Source of the DNA: Squalus acanthias
Taxonomy: Eukaryota
Length of the DNA: 64,000 bases
Direction: 5' to 3'
Assembly: GCA_030390025.1 (NCBI GenBank)
Contig: JASTWF010000335.1
Span: forward strand, 248,001 to 312,000
In this document: in pieces, positions 24,893 to 36,569 of the stretch
Layout of the letters: each line of letters opens with the position of its first letter
How positions within the stretch are numbered: the stretch's first letter is position 1
Notes under the pieces: generated by a model
What the model was told of the DNA's origin: nothing
The model's input: only the letters and a program-made list of their open reading frames with translations
Databases searched by the model: none
Position numbers and translations under genes: made by a program

Positions 24893-24985
24893 GTGCTTGC
24901 AGATGATGATGGCAACCAGAAGGGCGATGAAAATCTCCACCACAGAGTATAGAAAAAGCAAGGCCAATATAAACATCGGTGCTCG
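24893..24985 (-). CDS. ms4a: MS4A/CD20-family protein, coding exon 5 (TM4): RAPMFILALLFLYSVVEIFIALLVAIIICKH
   Basis: ttttattctttcccgcccccacag| ... CAC|gtaagt; 93 nt, phase 0/0. Hydrophobic helix with the MS4A-type L..S.LE..IA...C pattern. Confidence 0.85.
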
Positions 24986-25433
24986 CTGTGGGGGCGGGAA
25001 AGAATAAAATAGCATTGGTCAATCGAGTGCTGCTGGTGAAAGCAATCTATTTTTCGTTTCGGCCAATAGCGTACAAGTGAAATTCGACTGAACGGAAAAT
25101 GCAAACGGAACAGTTTTACCCCCCTGACCCTCTGACACCTGTCGAGCCTGGCAATGCTGTGGGGCTTGTGGGGAACATAGGAACGGGAGGAGGCCATTCA
25201 GCTCCTTCGAGCCTGTTCCGCCATTCAATGAGATCACGGCTGATCTGTATCCTCACTCCATCCACCCGCCTTGGCTCCATATCTCTTTATACCCTGGGCT
25301 AGCAAAAAAATCTATCGATCTCGATTTAAAGTGATTAATTGAGCTCGTGCATCTACTGCTTTTTGTGGGAGAGAGTTCCACACTTCTACCACCCTATGCG
25401 TGTAGAAGTGTTTCCTAACTTCTCTCCTGAATG

Positions 25434-25682
25434 TAATGTTTTCCTGACTGACCTGTTTGGACACCATCCACACCTTTGATTGCCGTGATTATCTCTCTGC
25501 CGAGCTGTGATAAAGGGCAGTTAGAAAGATTAACTGTAGTCACCTGGCAGTGTTCTCTGACTATATATGCTGTGCCTATATGCATCTCTTCACTTCACCT
25601 GACGAAGGAGCAGCCGCTCCGAAAGCTTGTGATTTCAAATAAAGCTGTTGGACTATAACCTGGTGTTGTGCGACTTCTCACA
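25434..25682 (+). mobile_element. Solo Penelope-like pseudo-LTR with a hammerhead motif (25595-25632)
   Basis: Same sequence as the arms at 24.2-24.6 kb. 13-bp TSD TCTCTCCTGAATG at 25421-25433 and 25683-25695. The hammerhead has a 1-nt longer loop II. Confidence 0.85.
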
Positions 25683-26157
25683 TCTCTCCTGAATGGCCTG
25701 GCTCTGATTTTAAGGTTATGTCCCCCTTGTCCTAGACTGCCCCCGCCCCCCCCCCCCACAACAGCGGGAAAAAGTTTCTCTCTGTCTAACTCCATCAATT
25801 CCTTTCAAAATCCTAAAAAAACCTCAATCACATCGCCCCCTTAACCTTCTATATTCCAGGGAATACAAGCCTAGTTTGTGTAATCTCTGCTCGTAATCTG
25901 ACCCTTGGAGCCCTGGTAACAGTCTGGTGAATCTGCGCGGCACTCCCTTTTCCAAGGCCAATATGTCCTTTCTAAGGTGCGGTGCCCAGAACTGTACACA
26001 GTCCACCGGGTGTGGTCTAACCAGGGCTTTGTATAGCTGTGGCAAAACTTCCTCCCCTTTATATTCTAGCCCTCCAGTGATAAAGGCTAACATTCCATCA
26101 GCCTTTTTTTGATTATTTTTTGCACCTGACCCACTACATTTTAATGATTTGTGTACA

Positions 26158-26930
26158 GGAAGGCAGATTATTATCTGAATGGCAATAGATTGGGAGACGG
26201 GGAAGTGCAACGAGACCTGGGTGTCCTTGTGCACCAGTCGCTGAAGGTAAGCATGCAGGTGCAGCAGGTGGTGAAGAAGGCAAATGGTATGTTGGCCTTC
26301 ATAGCGAGAGGGTTTGAGTATAGGAACAGGGATGTCCTGCTGCAGTTGTACAGGGCCTTGGTGAGACCACACCTTGAGTACTGTGTGCAGTTTTGGTCGC
26401 CTTATCTGAAGAAGGAGGATCTTGCCATGGAGGGAGTGCAGCGAAGATTCACCAGGCTGATACCTGGGATGGCAGGAATGACGTATGAGGAGAGATTGGG
26501 GCGATTGGGCATATACTCGCTGGAGTTTAGAAGAATGAGAGGCGATTTCATCGAAACTTATAAAATTCTGAAAGGACTGGACAGACTAGATGCAGGAAGG
26601 ATGTTCCCGATGGTCGGGGAGTCCAGAACCAGGGGTCACAGTCTAAGGATAAGGGGTAAGCCATTTAGGACAGAAATGAGGAGGAATTTCTTCACCCAGA
26701 GAGTGGTGAACCTGTGGAATTCTCCACCACAGAAGGCAGTTGAGGCCAAGTCAGTAAATATATTCAAGAATGAGTTAGATATATTTCTTAAAGCTAAAGC
26801 TATCAAGGGATATGGGGAGAAGGCAGGTACAGGGTACTGAGTTTGGATGATCAGCCATGATCTCATCGAATGGCGGAGCAGGCTCGAGGGGCCGAATGGC
26901 CTACTGCTATGTTCTATGTTTCTATGTTTC
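26158..26930 (+). mobile_element. 5'-truncated CR1 (intact C-terminal ORF and tail)
   Basis: ORF 26151..26840 and a ctatgtt tail. TACA is repeated at both junctions. Confidence 0.9.
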
Positions 26931-27499
26931 TACATGGACCCCGAGATTTCTTTGGATCGGCACTGTTCCTAGCTTTTCACCATTTATCCTTTTCTCTCTC
27001 TCTACCCCTATCAATTCTGTTCAAAGGCAGTGCTTGATCCACCTGGGATGTTTCTGTTCCTGGGCCCACTGTGTGAGCGTGGCGGCCCCTTCCCGCAGTT
27101 TGGAGCCTGGGAGAATTCCGCCCTTGCGTTGGGTGCGGCGACGGCTGCGAATGCGATGGCAGTGAATAGGCAGTAAGGTGGCGGGTACTGATAGCAGGTT
27201 TGGTGCGTGTCCTGGCCAGAATGACGGGGACCAATTTGGCCCCGCCCAGTAGCTGCCACTCCACCCGCCGCCCCCCCCCCCCCAGCCAGTACCGAATTCC
27301 AGGTTGGCTTATTTACAGGGAGCGGGCGGGCGGGATCTGGCATGAGTGGCAATCCCGTCAGATGATGCCAGCCCCCACGTTTGCCTGGCCGCGCCCCCCC
27401 CCCAGACCACTGAATATTCAGGCTGCCCCCCACACAGCAATGTCCCAAGATGCACAAGAAACAGTGGTTCTTTCGGCACACTATGGCTGCCGTGGCAAC

Positions 27500-27895
27500 A
27501 GAGACCAGGGATGGAGCCTGGGCCTCTCCTGCTCTGTGTGTGTGTGGGGGGCTCAGTAACACACCAGGTGTGAGATCAGCTCACTCAGCACTAGGCCGAG
27601 AATGGAGCCTGGGGCTCTCCTGCTCTGTGTGTGTGTGGGGGGCTCAGTAACACACCAGGTGTGAGATCAGCTCACTCAGCACTAGGCCGAGAATGGAGCC
27701 TGGGCCTCTCCTGCTCTGTGTGTGTGTGTGTGGGGCTCAGTACCACACCGGGTGTGAGATCAGTTCACTCAGCACAGGCCGGGGATGGAGCCTGGGCCTT
27801 TCCTGCTCTGTGTGTGGGGGGCTCAGTACCACACCGGGTGGGAGATCAGCTCACTCAGCACTAGGCCGGGGATGGAGCCTGGGCCTCTCCTCTCC
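27500..27895 (-). repeat. About 90-bp tandem repeat (4-5 units) of a tRNA-like SINE head
   Basis: Reverse complement of the unit at 60500-61048; it contains a variable (tg)n tract. Confidence 0.8.
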
Positions 27896-28091
27896 CGTGC
27901 AGCTTGGCTCTAACAAGTTCCCCAGAACAGAGGCCTCAGGCAATCAGCAGTACGATCGCTAAAGGAAGAAGGGTCAAGCAACACTGCTCCGCGGGAAAGC
28001 ACTTCTTAGAACACATGCCGCGCAAGGGCGCTGAGTAAACTGCTGCGGCGCAGGATACGAAACGACAGCAGCGAGCGAGGGCGGTACTTAC

Positions 28092-28205
28092 TGCGACGTA
28101 AATGGCAGTGCCCGATCTAGACAGCAAGGTTGAGATGATGAACACCACAGCTCCGAGGGCCGCCGCGATCGCACTGACGAAATTAAAGATCATTGTCAAC
28201 TTTCT
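28092..28205 (-). CDS. ms4a: MS4A/CD20-family protein, coding exon 4 (TM3): RKLTMIFNFVSAIAAALGAVVFIISTLLSRSGTAIYVA
   Basis: ccctctgcgttgttttcag| ... GCA|gtaagt; 114 nt, phase 0/0. Matches the MS4A TM3 motif N..SA..A..G. Confidence 0.88.
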
Positions 28206-28304
28206 CTGAAAACAACGCAGAGGGACAGGTGAAGAACTGAAATACTGCCACTCAGAAACAGATTCTAAATCAGCAGGTACAGCGATGAACATCCCCTCAC
28301 CTAC

Positions 28305-28646
28305 AACCTGCATTTATACGACGCCTGGAACGCTGTAAAAACTACAACAACGTGCATTGATACAGCACCTTTAACGTAGTAAAACGGCCCAAGGCGCTTC
28401 ACAGGAGCGATTACCAAACACAATTTGACACCGAGCCGCATAAGAAGATATTAGGACAGGTGACCAAAAGCTTCGTCAAAGAGGTAGGTTTTAAGGAGGG
28501 TCTTAAACGAGAAGATGGGGGCGGAGAGGTTTCGGGAAGGAATTCCAGAGCTTAGGGCCTCGGCAGCTGAAGGCACGGCCGCCAATGGTGGAGCGATTAC
28601 ATTCGGGGGATGCGCAAGAGGCCAGAGTTGGAGGAGCGCCGAGATC
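28305..28646 (-). mobile_element. L2-type LINE 3' fragment
   Basis: Minus strand reads ...FKTLLKTYLFD.AF, with an end ttactacgttaaaggtgctgtat. It continues after the CR1 insert at about 29217. Confidence 0.7.
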
Positions 28647-29216
28647 ATAGAATCACAGTAGAAAGTTACAGCACGGAAGGAGGCCATTTCGGCCCATCGT
28701 GTCCGCGCCGGCCAACAAAGAGCTATCCAGCCTAATCCCACTTCCCAGCGCTTGGTCCGTAGCCCTGCAGGTTAGAGCATCCCAAGTGTACATCCAAGTA
28801 CTTTTTAAATGTGGTGAGGGTTCCTGCCTCTACCACCCTTTCAGGCAGCGAGTTCCAGACCCCCACAACCCTCTGGGTGAAGAAATTTCCCCTCAAATCC
28901 CCTCTAAACCTTCCACCAATTACTTTAAATCTGTGCCCCCTGGTTTTTGACCTCTCTGCTAAGGGAAATAGGTCCTTTCTATCCACTTTATCTATGCCCC
29001 TCATAATTTTATACGCCTCAATAAGGTCTCCCCTCAGCCTCCTCTGTTCCAAGGAAAACAGACCCAGCCTATCCAGTCTTTCCTCATAGCTAAGATTCTC
29101 TACTCCCGGCAACATCCTTGTAAATCTCCTCTGTACCCTCTCTAGTGCAATCACATCTTTCCTGTAATGTGGTGACCAGAAACTGCACGCAGTACTCTAG
29201 CTGAGGCCTAACTAGT
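28647..29216 (-). mobile_element. CR1 3' fragment inserted in the L2 fragment
   Basis: ORF 28732..29154(-). GATC is duplicated at 28643-28646 and 29217-29220. Confidence 0.88.
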
Positions 29217-29220
29217 GATC

Positions 29221-29472
29221 TCGGAGGGTTGTAGGGATGAACAGACTCGGAGGGTTGTAGGAATGAACAGACTCGGAGGGTTGTAGGGATGAACAGACTC
29301 GGAGGGTTGTAGGGATGAACAGACTCGGAGGGTTGTAGGGATGAACAGACTCGGAGGGTTGTAGGGATGAACAGACTCGGAGGGTTGTAGGGATGAACAG
29401 ACTCGGAGGGTTGTAGGGATGAACAGACTCGGAGGGTTGTAGGGATGAACAGACTCGGAGGGTTGTAGGAAT
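29221..29472. repeat. 26-bp minisatellite (about 9.5 units) seeded at an L2 motif
   Basis: Unit tcggagggttgtagggatgaacagac. Confidence 0.93.
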
Positions 29473-29929
29473 GTCAGGTGTGTGTCAGTGACGGCTGCCC
29501 AGCCCGTGGCTAGTTTCAAGTAGATGGCCATCCTTTCATCTCTGGGACAGTGTAGAGGGAGGGGCTCCCACATCCCAATACAATGTGGGGGGGCGGGGGG
29601 AGGGGAGACATCCACACCCCCCACACGGGAGTATCTCTCTGGCAGTCAACCCCGAATTCAGAGTCTGCGCTCGCAGGGATTGTCTGGGACCGGGTTCGAA
29701 TCCTGCACCTTCCGAATCGGAGAATCGCTCCGCGCCAAGACTGAAAATGGGGCTGCAGCGCCGGAGCATGGACTGCTGTTCAGAACGGGAGGGGAACAGA
29801 ACTTGGTGTTTTTTCCCCCCCCCACACGGGTCGAACAGTTTGCAAAGCTATCGGAATCTGCCAAAACTCCCAACTTCAGAAGCACTGGATTGGCTGTGAA
29901 TCGATTTGGAGCAGCCCGAGGCTGTGAAA

Positions 29930-31362
29930 GGCGCGAGAGACATGCAAGTCTCTCTTTCCAGTCTCAAAGCGCATCACAACAATCAAGCACTTGTTTTTGT
30001 GAAGTGTAGTCACTGTTGAAATGTAGGAAAAACGGCAGCCAATTTGCACACAGCAAGCTCCCACAAACAGCAATGAGTTAAATGACCAGATCATCTGTTT
30101 TAGTGATTTTGGTTGAGTGATAAATATTACCCCGGGACACAGGGGAGAACACCACTGCTCTTCTTCCAGTAGTGGCCGTGATATCTTTTACTTCCATCCG
30201 AGAGGGCAGAAGGGGAACCTCGGTTTAACTTCTCATCCGAAAGACGGCATCTCCGACAGTACAATGCTGCTTCAGTACTTCCCCTCCGACAGTGCAGCGC
30301 TCCCTCAGTACTGACCCTCCGACAGTGCAGCGCTCCCTCAGTACTGACCCTCCGACAGTGCAGCGCTCCCTCAGTACTGACCCTCCGACAGTGCAGCGCT
30401 CCCTCAGTACTGACCCTCCGACAGTGCAGCGCTCCCTCAGTACTGACCCTCCGACAGTGCGGCGCTCCCTCAGTACGGCCCCTCCGACAGTGCAGCGCTC
30501 CCTCAGTACTGCCCCTCCGACAGTGCGGCGCTCCCTCAGTACTGCCCCTCCGACAGTGCAGCGCTCCCTCAGTACTGACCCTCCGACAGTGCAGCGCTCC
30601 CTCAGTACTGACCCTCCGACAGTGCGGCACTCCCTCAGTACTGACCCTCCGACAGTGCAGCGCTCCCTCAGTACTGCAGCTCCAACAGTGCAGTACTCCC
30701 TCAGTACTGACCCTCCGACAGTGCAGCGCTCCCTCAGTACTGACCCTCCGACAGTGCAGCGCTCCCTCAGTACGGCCCCTCCGACAGTGCAGCGCTGCCT
30801 CAGTACTGACCCTCCGACAGTGCAGCGCTCCCTCAGTACTGCCTCTCCGACAGTGCAGCGCTCCCTCAGTACTGCAGCTCCAACAGTGCAGTACTCCCTC
30901 AGTACTGCCCCTCCGACAGTGCAGCGCTCCCTCAGTACTGACCCTCCGACAGTGCAGCGCTCCCTCAGTACGGCCCCTCCGACAGTGCAGCGCTGCCTCA
31001 GTACTGACCCTCCGACAGTGCAGCGCTCCCTCAGTACTGACCCTCCGACAGTGCAGCGCTCCCTCAGTACTGACCCTCCGACAGTGCGGCGCTCCCTCAG
31101 TACTGTCCCCTCCCACAGTGCAGCGCTCCCTCAGTACTGACCCTCCGACAGTGCAGCGCTCCCTCAGTACTGACCCTCCGACAGTGCGGCGCTCCCTCAG
31201 TACTGTCCCCTCCGACAGTGCGGCTCTCCCTCAGTACTGACCCTCCGACAGTGCAGAGCTCCCTCAGTATTGGCACCGCGGAGTGATAGCCTGGATTATG
31301 GCGCTTGAGTCGGGTTTGAACCCACGCTCTGAGCCAGAGTGCTACCCACTGAGCCACGGCTG
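29930..31362 (-). mobile_element. Deu-domain SINE with an internal 33-bp array of about 30 units
   Basis: tRNA-like head at 31362-31275 (gtggctcagtgg...gggttcaaaccc), array at 31270-30255, Deu core and tail at 30255-29930. Confidence 0.88.
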
Positions 31363-31498
31363 CCTGGGCACAAGGAGTCTGCCAACCAATGGCCATTTAC
31401 AAAGGTCTCCACGACAGCAAGTTGGCAGACGCTTTTCGGTTCGTACCCCCTCTCCCCTCATTCGGTGCTCAGTGCTGGTTTATCGCTGCTGTACTTAC

Positions 31499-31555
31499 CA
31501 CACGCTGCTCTGGTTGGTCGACATTTAGCATCGTCAGTGCTCCTGAAATCACAAA
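31499..31555 (-). CDS. ms4a: MS4A/CD20-family protein, coding exon 3 (end of TM2): FVISGALTMLNVDQPEQRV
   Basis: ttttgttgctttgtccctgttgcag| ... GTG|gtaagt; 57 nt, phase 0/0. FVISGAL corresponds to the MS4A F/Y-IISGSL motif. Confidence 0.9.
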
Positions 31556-31657
31556 CTGCAACAGGGACAAAGCAACAAAAGAGTGTAAGATGGCTGCCCG
31601 CCGGTGCTGAAGCACAACAGAGCGGGATGGAAATTCCGCTCCCTCCAATATCATGTA

Positions 31658-32970
31658 TGTGAGAAGTCGCACAACACCAGGTTATAGTCCAACAGCTTTA
31701 TTTGAAATCACAAGCTTTCGGAGCGCTGCTCCTTCGTCAGGTGAAGTGAAGAGATGCATATGGGCACAGCATATATAGTCAGAGAACACTGCCAGATGAC
31801 TACAGTTAATCTTTCCGACTGCCCTTTATCACAGCTCGGCAGAGAGATAATCACGGCAATCAGAGGTGTGGATGGTGTCCAAACAGGTCAGTCAGGAAAA
31901 CATTACATCAAAGACAATGAGGTGGGGTCACAAGGGGGTCAATGTGGCAGATGCTGGGGTCTGTATGGAAAACAAAAAACTGTTTTTGCTGGAAATCACA
32001 GCAGGTCCGGCCGCATCTGTGTAGAGAGAACAAGCCAACGACGACTCGAGTCTGGATGACTCTACGTCAGGTGGGGTTACATGTAGCGTGACATGAACCC
32101 AAGATCCCGGTTGAGGCCGTCCTCATGGGTGCGTAACTTGGCTATCAGTTTCTGCTCGACGATTTTGCGTTGTCGTGTGTCTCGAAGGCCGCCTTGGAGA
32201 ACGCTTACCCGAAGATCGGAGGCTGAATGTCCTGGACTGCTGAAGTGTTCCCCGACTGGGAGGGAACACTCCTGCCTGGCGATTGTTGCGCGGTGTCCGT
32301 TCATACGTTGTCGCAGTGTCTGCATGGTCTTGCCGATGTACCATGCTCCGGGGCATCCTTTCCTGCAACGTATGAGGTAGACAACGTTGGCCGAGTCACA
32401 TGAGTATGTACCATGTACCTGGTGGGTGGTGTCCTCACGTGTGATGATGGTATCTGTGTTGATGATCTGGCATGTCTTGCAGAGGTTGCCGTGACAGGGT
32501 TGTGTGGTGTCGTGGTCGCTGTTCTCCTGAAAGCTGGGTAATTTGCTGCAAACGATGGTACTTTTGAGGTTAGGCGGCTGTTTGAAGGCGAGTAGTGGGG
32601 GCGTGGGGATGGCCTTAGCGAGGTGTTCGTCGTCATCGATGACATGTTGAAGACTGCGAAGAACATGGCGTAGTTTCTCCGCTCCAGGAAAATATGACAC
32701 CAAAGTCAATGAGGTGGGGTCACAAGGGGTCAAATGTGGCAGATGCTGGGGTCTGTATGGAAACAAAAAACTGTTTTTGCTGGAAATCACCTGGCAGTGT
32801 TCTCTGACTATATATGCTGTGCCTATATGCATCTCTTCACTTCACCTGACGAAGGAGCAGCGCTCCGAAAGCTTGTGATTTCAAATAAAGCTGTTGGACT
32901 ATAACCTGGTGTTGTGCGACTTCTCACATTTGTCCACCCCAGTCCAACAACCGGCATCTACACATCACGG
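31658..32970 (-). mobile_element. 5'-truncated Penelope-like element with GIY-YIG endonuclease and inverted pseudo-LTRs
   Basis: ORF 32077..32832(-): PLLAFKQPPNLK, C..C..C, NVVYLIRC...WYIGKT..TLRQRMNGHR, PVGEHF, GLNRD. 13-bp TSD CCAATATCATGTA at 31645-31657 and 32971-32983. Hammerhead motifs at 31708-31744(-) and 32842-32878(+). Confidence 0.92.
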
Positions 32971-33009
32971 CCAATATCATGTAGAAACGCATCAAAATCA
33001 AAGCGCCAC

Positions 33010-33995
33010 TTGCGGAGTGGCATCGTGGTTATGTTACTGGACTAGGCAATCCAGAGAGGGCCTGGACTAATAATCCGGGACACGTGAGTTCACATCCCAC
33101 CATGGCAGATTGTGAATTTAAATTCAGTGAATGTAATAAATCTGGACTAAAAAGCTAGGAGCAGTAATGGTGACCGCGAAACCACAATGAAACCTGTCGG
33201 AAAAAACCCAACTGGTTCTCTGATGTCCTTTCGGGAAGGAAACCTGCCGTCCTTACCTGGTCTGGGCCTACATGACTTATGAGGAAAGGTTGAGTAGGTT
33301 GGGCCTCTACTCATTGGAATTCAGAAGAATGAGAGGCGATCTTATCGAAACATATAAGATTGTGAGAGGGCTTGATCGGGTGGAGGCGGGGAGGATGTTT
33401 CCACTGATGGGTGAGACTAGAACTAGGGGGCATAATCTTAGAATAAGGGGCTGCCGTTTCAAAACTGAGATGAGGAGAAACTTCTTCACTCAGAGGGTAG
33501 TAGGTCTGTGGAATTTGCTACCTCAGAGAGCTGTGGAAGCTGCGACATTAAATACATTTAAAACGGAGATAGACAGTTTCCTAGCTGATAAGGGAATTAA
33601 GGGTTATGGGGAGCGGGCAGGGAAGTGGACGAGAGTCTAGGTTCGGATCAGCCATGATCCTATTGAATGGCGGAGCAGGCCCGATGGGTCGTATGGCCCA
33701 CTCCTGCTTCTACTACTTATGTTCTTATGTACATGTGACTCCAGACCCACAGCAATGTGGTTGACTCTTAAGCCCCTTTGAAATGCCCTTCGCGAACCGC
33801 TTCAAAAAAAAAGGTACGAGAAGAATAAACGGGACGGATCGACCCAAGCAGAAAAGCACCGTGGGACCATCTTCACCACACGGGACTGCAGCGGTTCAAG
33901 AAGGCGGCCCGCCACCAGCTTCTCGAGGGGCAATTAGGGGACGGGCAATCAACGCCAACCATGCCAGCGAGGACCCACATCCTGTGAATAAAAAC
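33010..33995 (+). mobile_element. tRNA-related SINE with a LINE-derived tail, interrupted by a young CR1 3' fragment (about 33272-33730)
   Basis: Head similar to 16160-16435 and a tail shared with the 13985-16130 LINE. TACATG is duplicated around the CR1 insert, which is nearly identical to 54535-54995. Confidence 0.75.
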
Positions 33996-34294
33996 ATTAC
34001 GAAACAAATGGAATAGGAGCGGGTTAAACCCATCCACGATTGCAATTTCCACTCCAGCAACTGCAGGATTGTGCGTGACTGGGATACTGATTTCTCGTCA
34101 GTTCGAATCACTGGGCGGAAAAGCACAGGCTCGTGGCGTATCGTTTCAGACGAGAAGCAGGAAATCTCCGCCCCCTGTCTCTGCTCCTTCTCTCTCTCTA
34201 ACTGCTCTGAATGAAGCAGATGGAATAAATCGCATCTCACCAGCTACAGTTTCAACCCAGCGCTTCTGGGTGAGGTTCAAAAGAAAAGAAAGGG

Positions 34295-35392
34295 CTCCGC
34301 ATTCCGACAGCGCCTTTCACAACCTCAGGACGTCCCAAAGCGCTTGACAGCCAATGACGTACTTTTGGAGTGTGGTCACTGTTGTAATTTGGGCAAGGCG
34401 GCAGCCAATTTGCGCACAGCAGGCTCCCACAAACATCAATGCGCTAATTATCAGATAATCTGTGTTTTTTTGAGTGATATTGATTGAGGGATAAATATTG
34501 GCCAGGACACTCATAAGAACATAAGAACTTAAGAACATAAGAAATAGGAGCAGGAGTAGGCCAATTGGCCCCTCGAGCCTGCTCCGCCATTCAATAAGAT
34601 CATGGCTGATCTGATCCTAACCACCAATCTACTATCACAGAACCATCTCCTGAACCTAACAGAATTGGACACACGAAATAGGAGCAGGATCAGGCTACAC
34701 AGTCCCTGGGCCCGCTCCACTACCCACAGGGCCATGACCGATCCGAACCTAGACTCATGTCCAAATTCCTGCCCGCTCCCCGTAACCCTTAATTCCCTTT
34801 ACTTCTAGGAAACTGTCTATTTCTGTTTTAAATTTATCTAATGATGTAGCTTCTACAGCTCTTTGGGGCAGCATATTCCATGGACCTACCACCCTCTGAG
34901 TGAAGTAGTTTCTCCTCATCTCAGTTTTGAAAGAGCAGCCCCTTATTCTAAGATTATGCCCCCTAGTTCTAGTCTCACCCATCATCGGGAACATCCTCCC
35001 CGCATCCACCCGATCAAGCCCCTTCACAATCTTATATGTTTCAATAAGATCGCCTCTCACTCTTCTGAACTCCAATGAGTAGAGTCCCAATCTACCCAAC
35101 CTCTCCTCATATGTCCACCCCCTCATCCCCGGGATTAACCGAGTGAACCGTGATAACTGCCCCGCTCCTCTCTGAAATGGTGCCATGGGATCTTCTACGT
35201 CCACCTCGGAGAGCAGACGGGGCCTCGGTTTAACGTCTCATCCGAAATAGGGCCCCTCCGACCGTGCAGTGCTCCCTCAGTACAGCGCTGGGAGTGTCAG
35301 CCTCGATTTTTGTTCTCAGGACTCTGGAGTGGGACCCCACAACCTTCGGACTCGGAGGCGAGAGTGCGACCCACTGGGCCACGCCTGACAGC
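34295..35392 (-). mobile_element. Deu-domain SINE without array expansion, interrupted by a CR1 3' fragment (about 34512-35150)
   Basis: Head at 35392-35300, a single 33-bp unit at about 35252-35290 and the Deu core. The CR1 ORF is at 34755..35150(-) with an ataagaac-repeat tail. Confidence 0.85.
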
Positions 35393-35590
35393 TGGTTAAA
35401 GTAAAGAGGAATTTCACTCAAAAAAATCGCACCGCAGAGTATCAACCCCCAGCGTTGCCTCGTTTACCAGCGACTGTTTCATGGATCGCTGCAACTATCA
35501 CATGGGTTTTTTTTTATACACGGAAAGAGCTGCATTATGCTAGTCGGGTACATGCAGTCCCTTTGCAAGGACGTAGCGTGCAAAATCTTA

Positions 35591-36207
35591 GGGCTGGATT
35601 TTCATTGACCCGTGGAGGCGGGTTTGGAGGCGTGTGGGGGGTTAAAATTGCGAAAACTGGCGGGCGGGCACAAGTCCGCCTCCATCCCGCCTCCACGCAA
35701 TTTTCATTAAATCGTGTCTGCTGGTCCCGACTCCGTCCCGCCTTTAAGAGGCGGGATAGGCTGTTAAGGCCCTTAACAAGCACTAAATTGGCTCTGTAAT
35801 GCCATTTTGAAAGGCCTTTGTGATTTTAACCCTTGATCTACGTGAAGCACGCCTGTTCTGAACCACGATTGTGAAACCTGGCGGTAACATATTTGTCTGG
35901 CTGGATCTCTCTCTCTGTCTCGCTCTGTGTAAAAATATCTGGGAGCAGACCTAGGGCCGCTGCTGCTCATTGTGCATTCAGGTCCTCTCACAGCAAAGGC
36001 CAGGCAGTCTCTGAAGACCTTCAATGCAGCAGCAATGATGACATCATCAGAGGCGACTTTCAGACTGAAACCACTAATTGGGTCATGGGTTCCCACATGC
36101 TGGAACTCAATTGCCCAATTAGGTGAGAATCGCATCAATCTCCCACATCCAATTGCAGTCGGGTGGATAACACGACCCCAACCCGCCCCAGTATCAAAAT
36201 CCAGCCC
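35591..36207. mobile_element. PIF/Harbinger-type MITE, copy 2
   Basis: TIRs GGGCTGGATTTT and AAAATCCAGCCC, with TSD TTA on both sides. Confidence 0.88.
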
Positions 36208-36334
36208 TTAGTCTGCAAAGGTCAGTCCTGATCTAAGAGCTGCTCCTGAGTGTTCAAGGAGGAAGCGGAATGGAATGGAAGGAAAAATGCATTCAGCAAG
36301 TTACCGTGCCGATTAGAGAAGAGATTTGACAAAC

Positions 36335-36448
36335 CAGTATTCCTGACCACCATGGGACCCACAATCGAATGGCAACTACATACGGCGCCGAGAAATACAA
36401 TGGGACACCAAATGTCAAGTGAATCAGTCCCAGCATGATCTGCACAAC
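36335..36448 (-). CDS. ms4a: MS4A/CD20-family protein, coding exon 2 (TM1 to TM2): VVQIMLGLIHLTFGVPLYFSAPYVVAIRLWVPWWSGIL
   Basis: ctctgtgtcactctgttgtag| ... CTG|gtttgt; 114 nt, phase 0/0. LG|VVQIMLGL and PWWSG match the MS4A motifs LG..QI..GL and P.WGG. Confidence 0.9.
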
Positions 36449-36569
36449 CTACAACAGAGTGACACAGAGACGATTAGAGCAGAGTTCATTGCATCCTAAA
36501 TAATCTGGACAGTCAAAGATTTTTTTTAAAAAGCCTCAGAGATATATGTGCAAGTGAATGTGGAAGAAC

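Larger units (their letters stand above)
25175..26990 (-). mobile_element. Older CR1 3' fragment hosting two insertions
   Basis: LYKALVRPH..CVQFWAPHLRKD...RRFTRLLPGL on the minus strand. It is interrupted at 25434-25682 and at about 26158-26930. Confidence 0.75.

Noticed and set aside
29660..29760. GGTTCGAATCC B box suggesting a tRNA gene
   Set aside because: No cloverleaf or matching A box at tRNA spacing; more consistent with a decayed SINE head.
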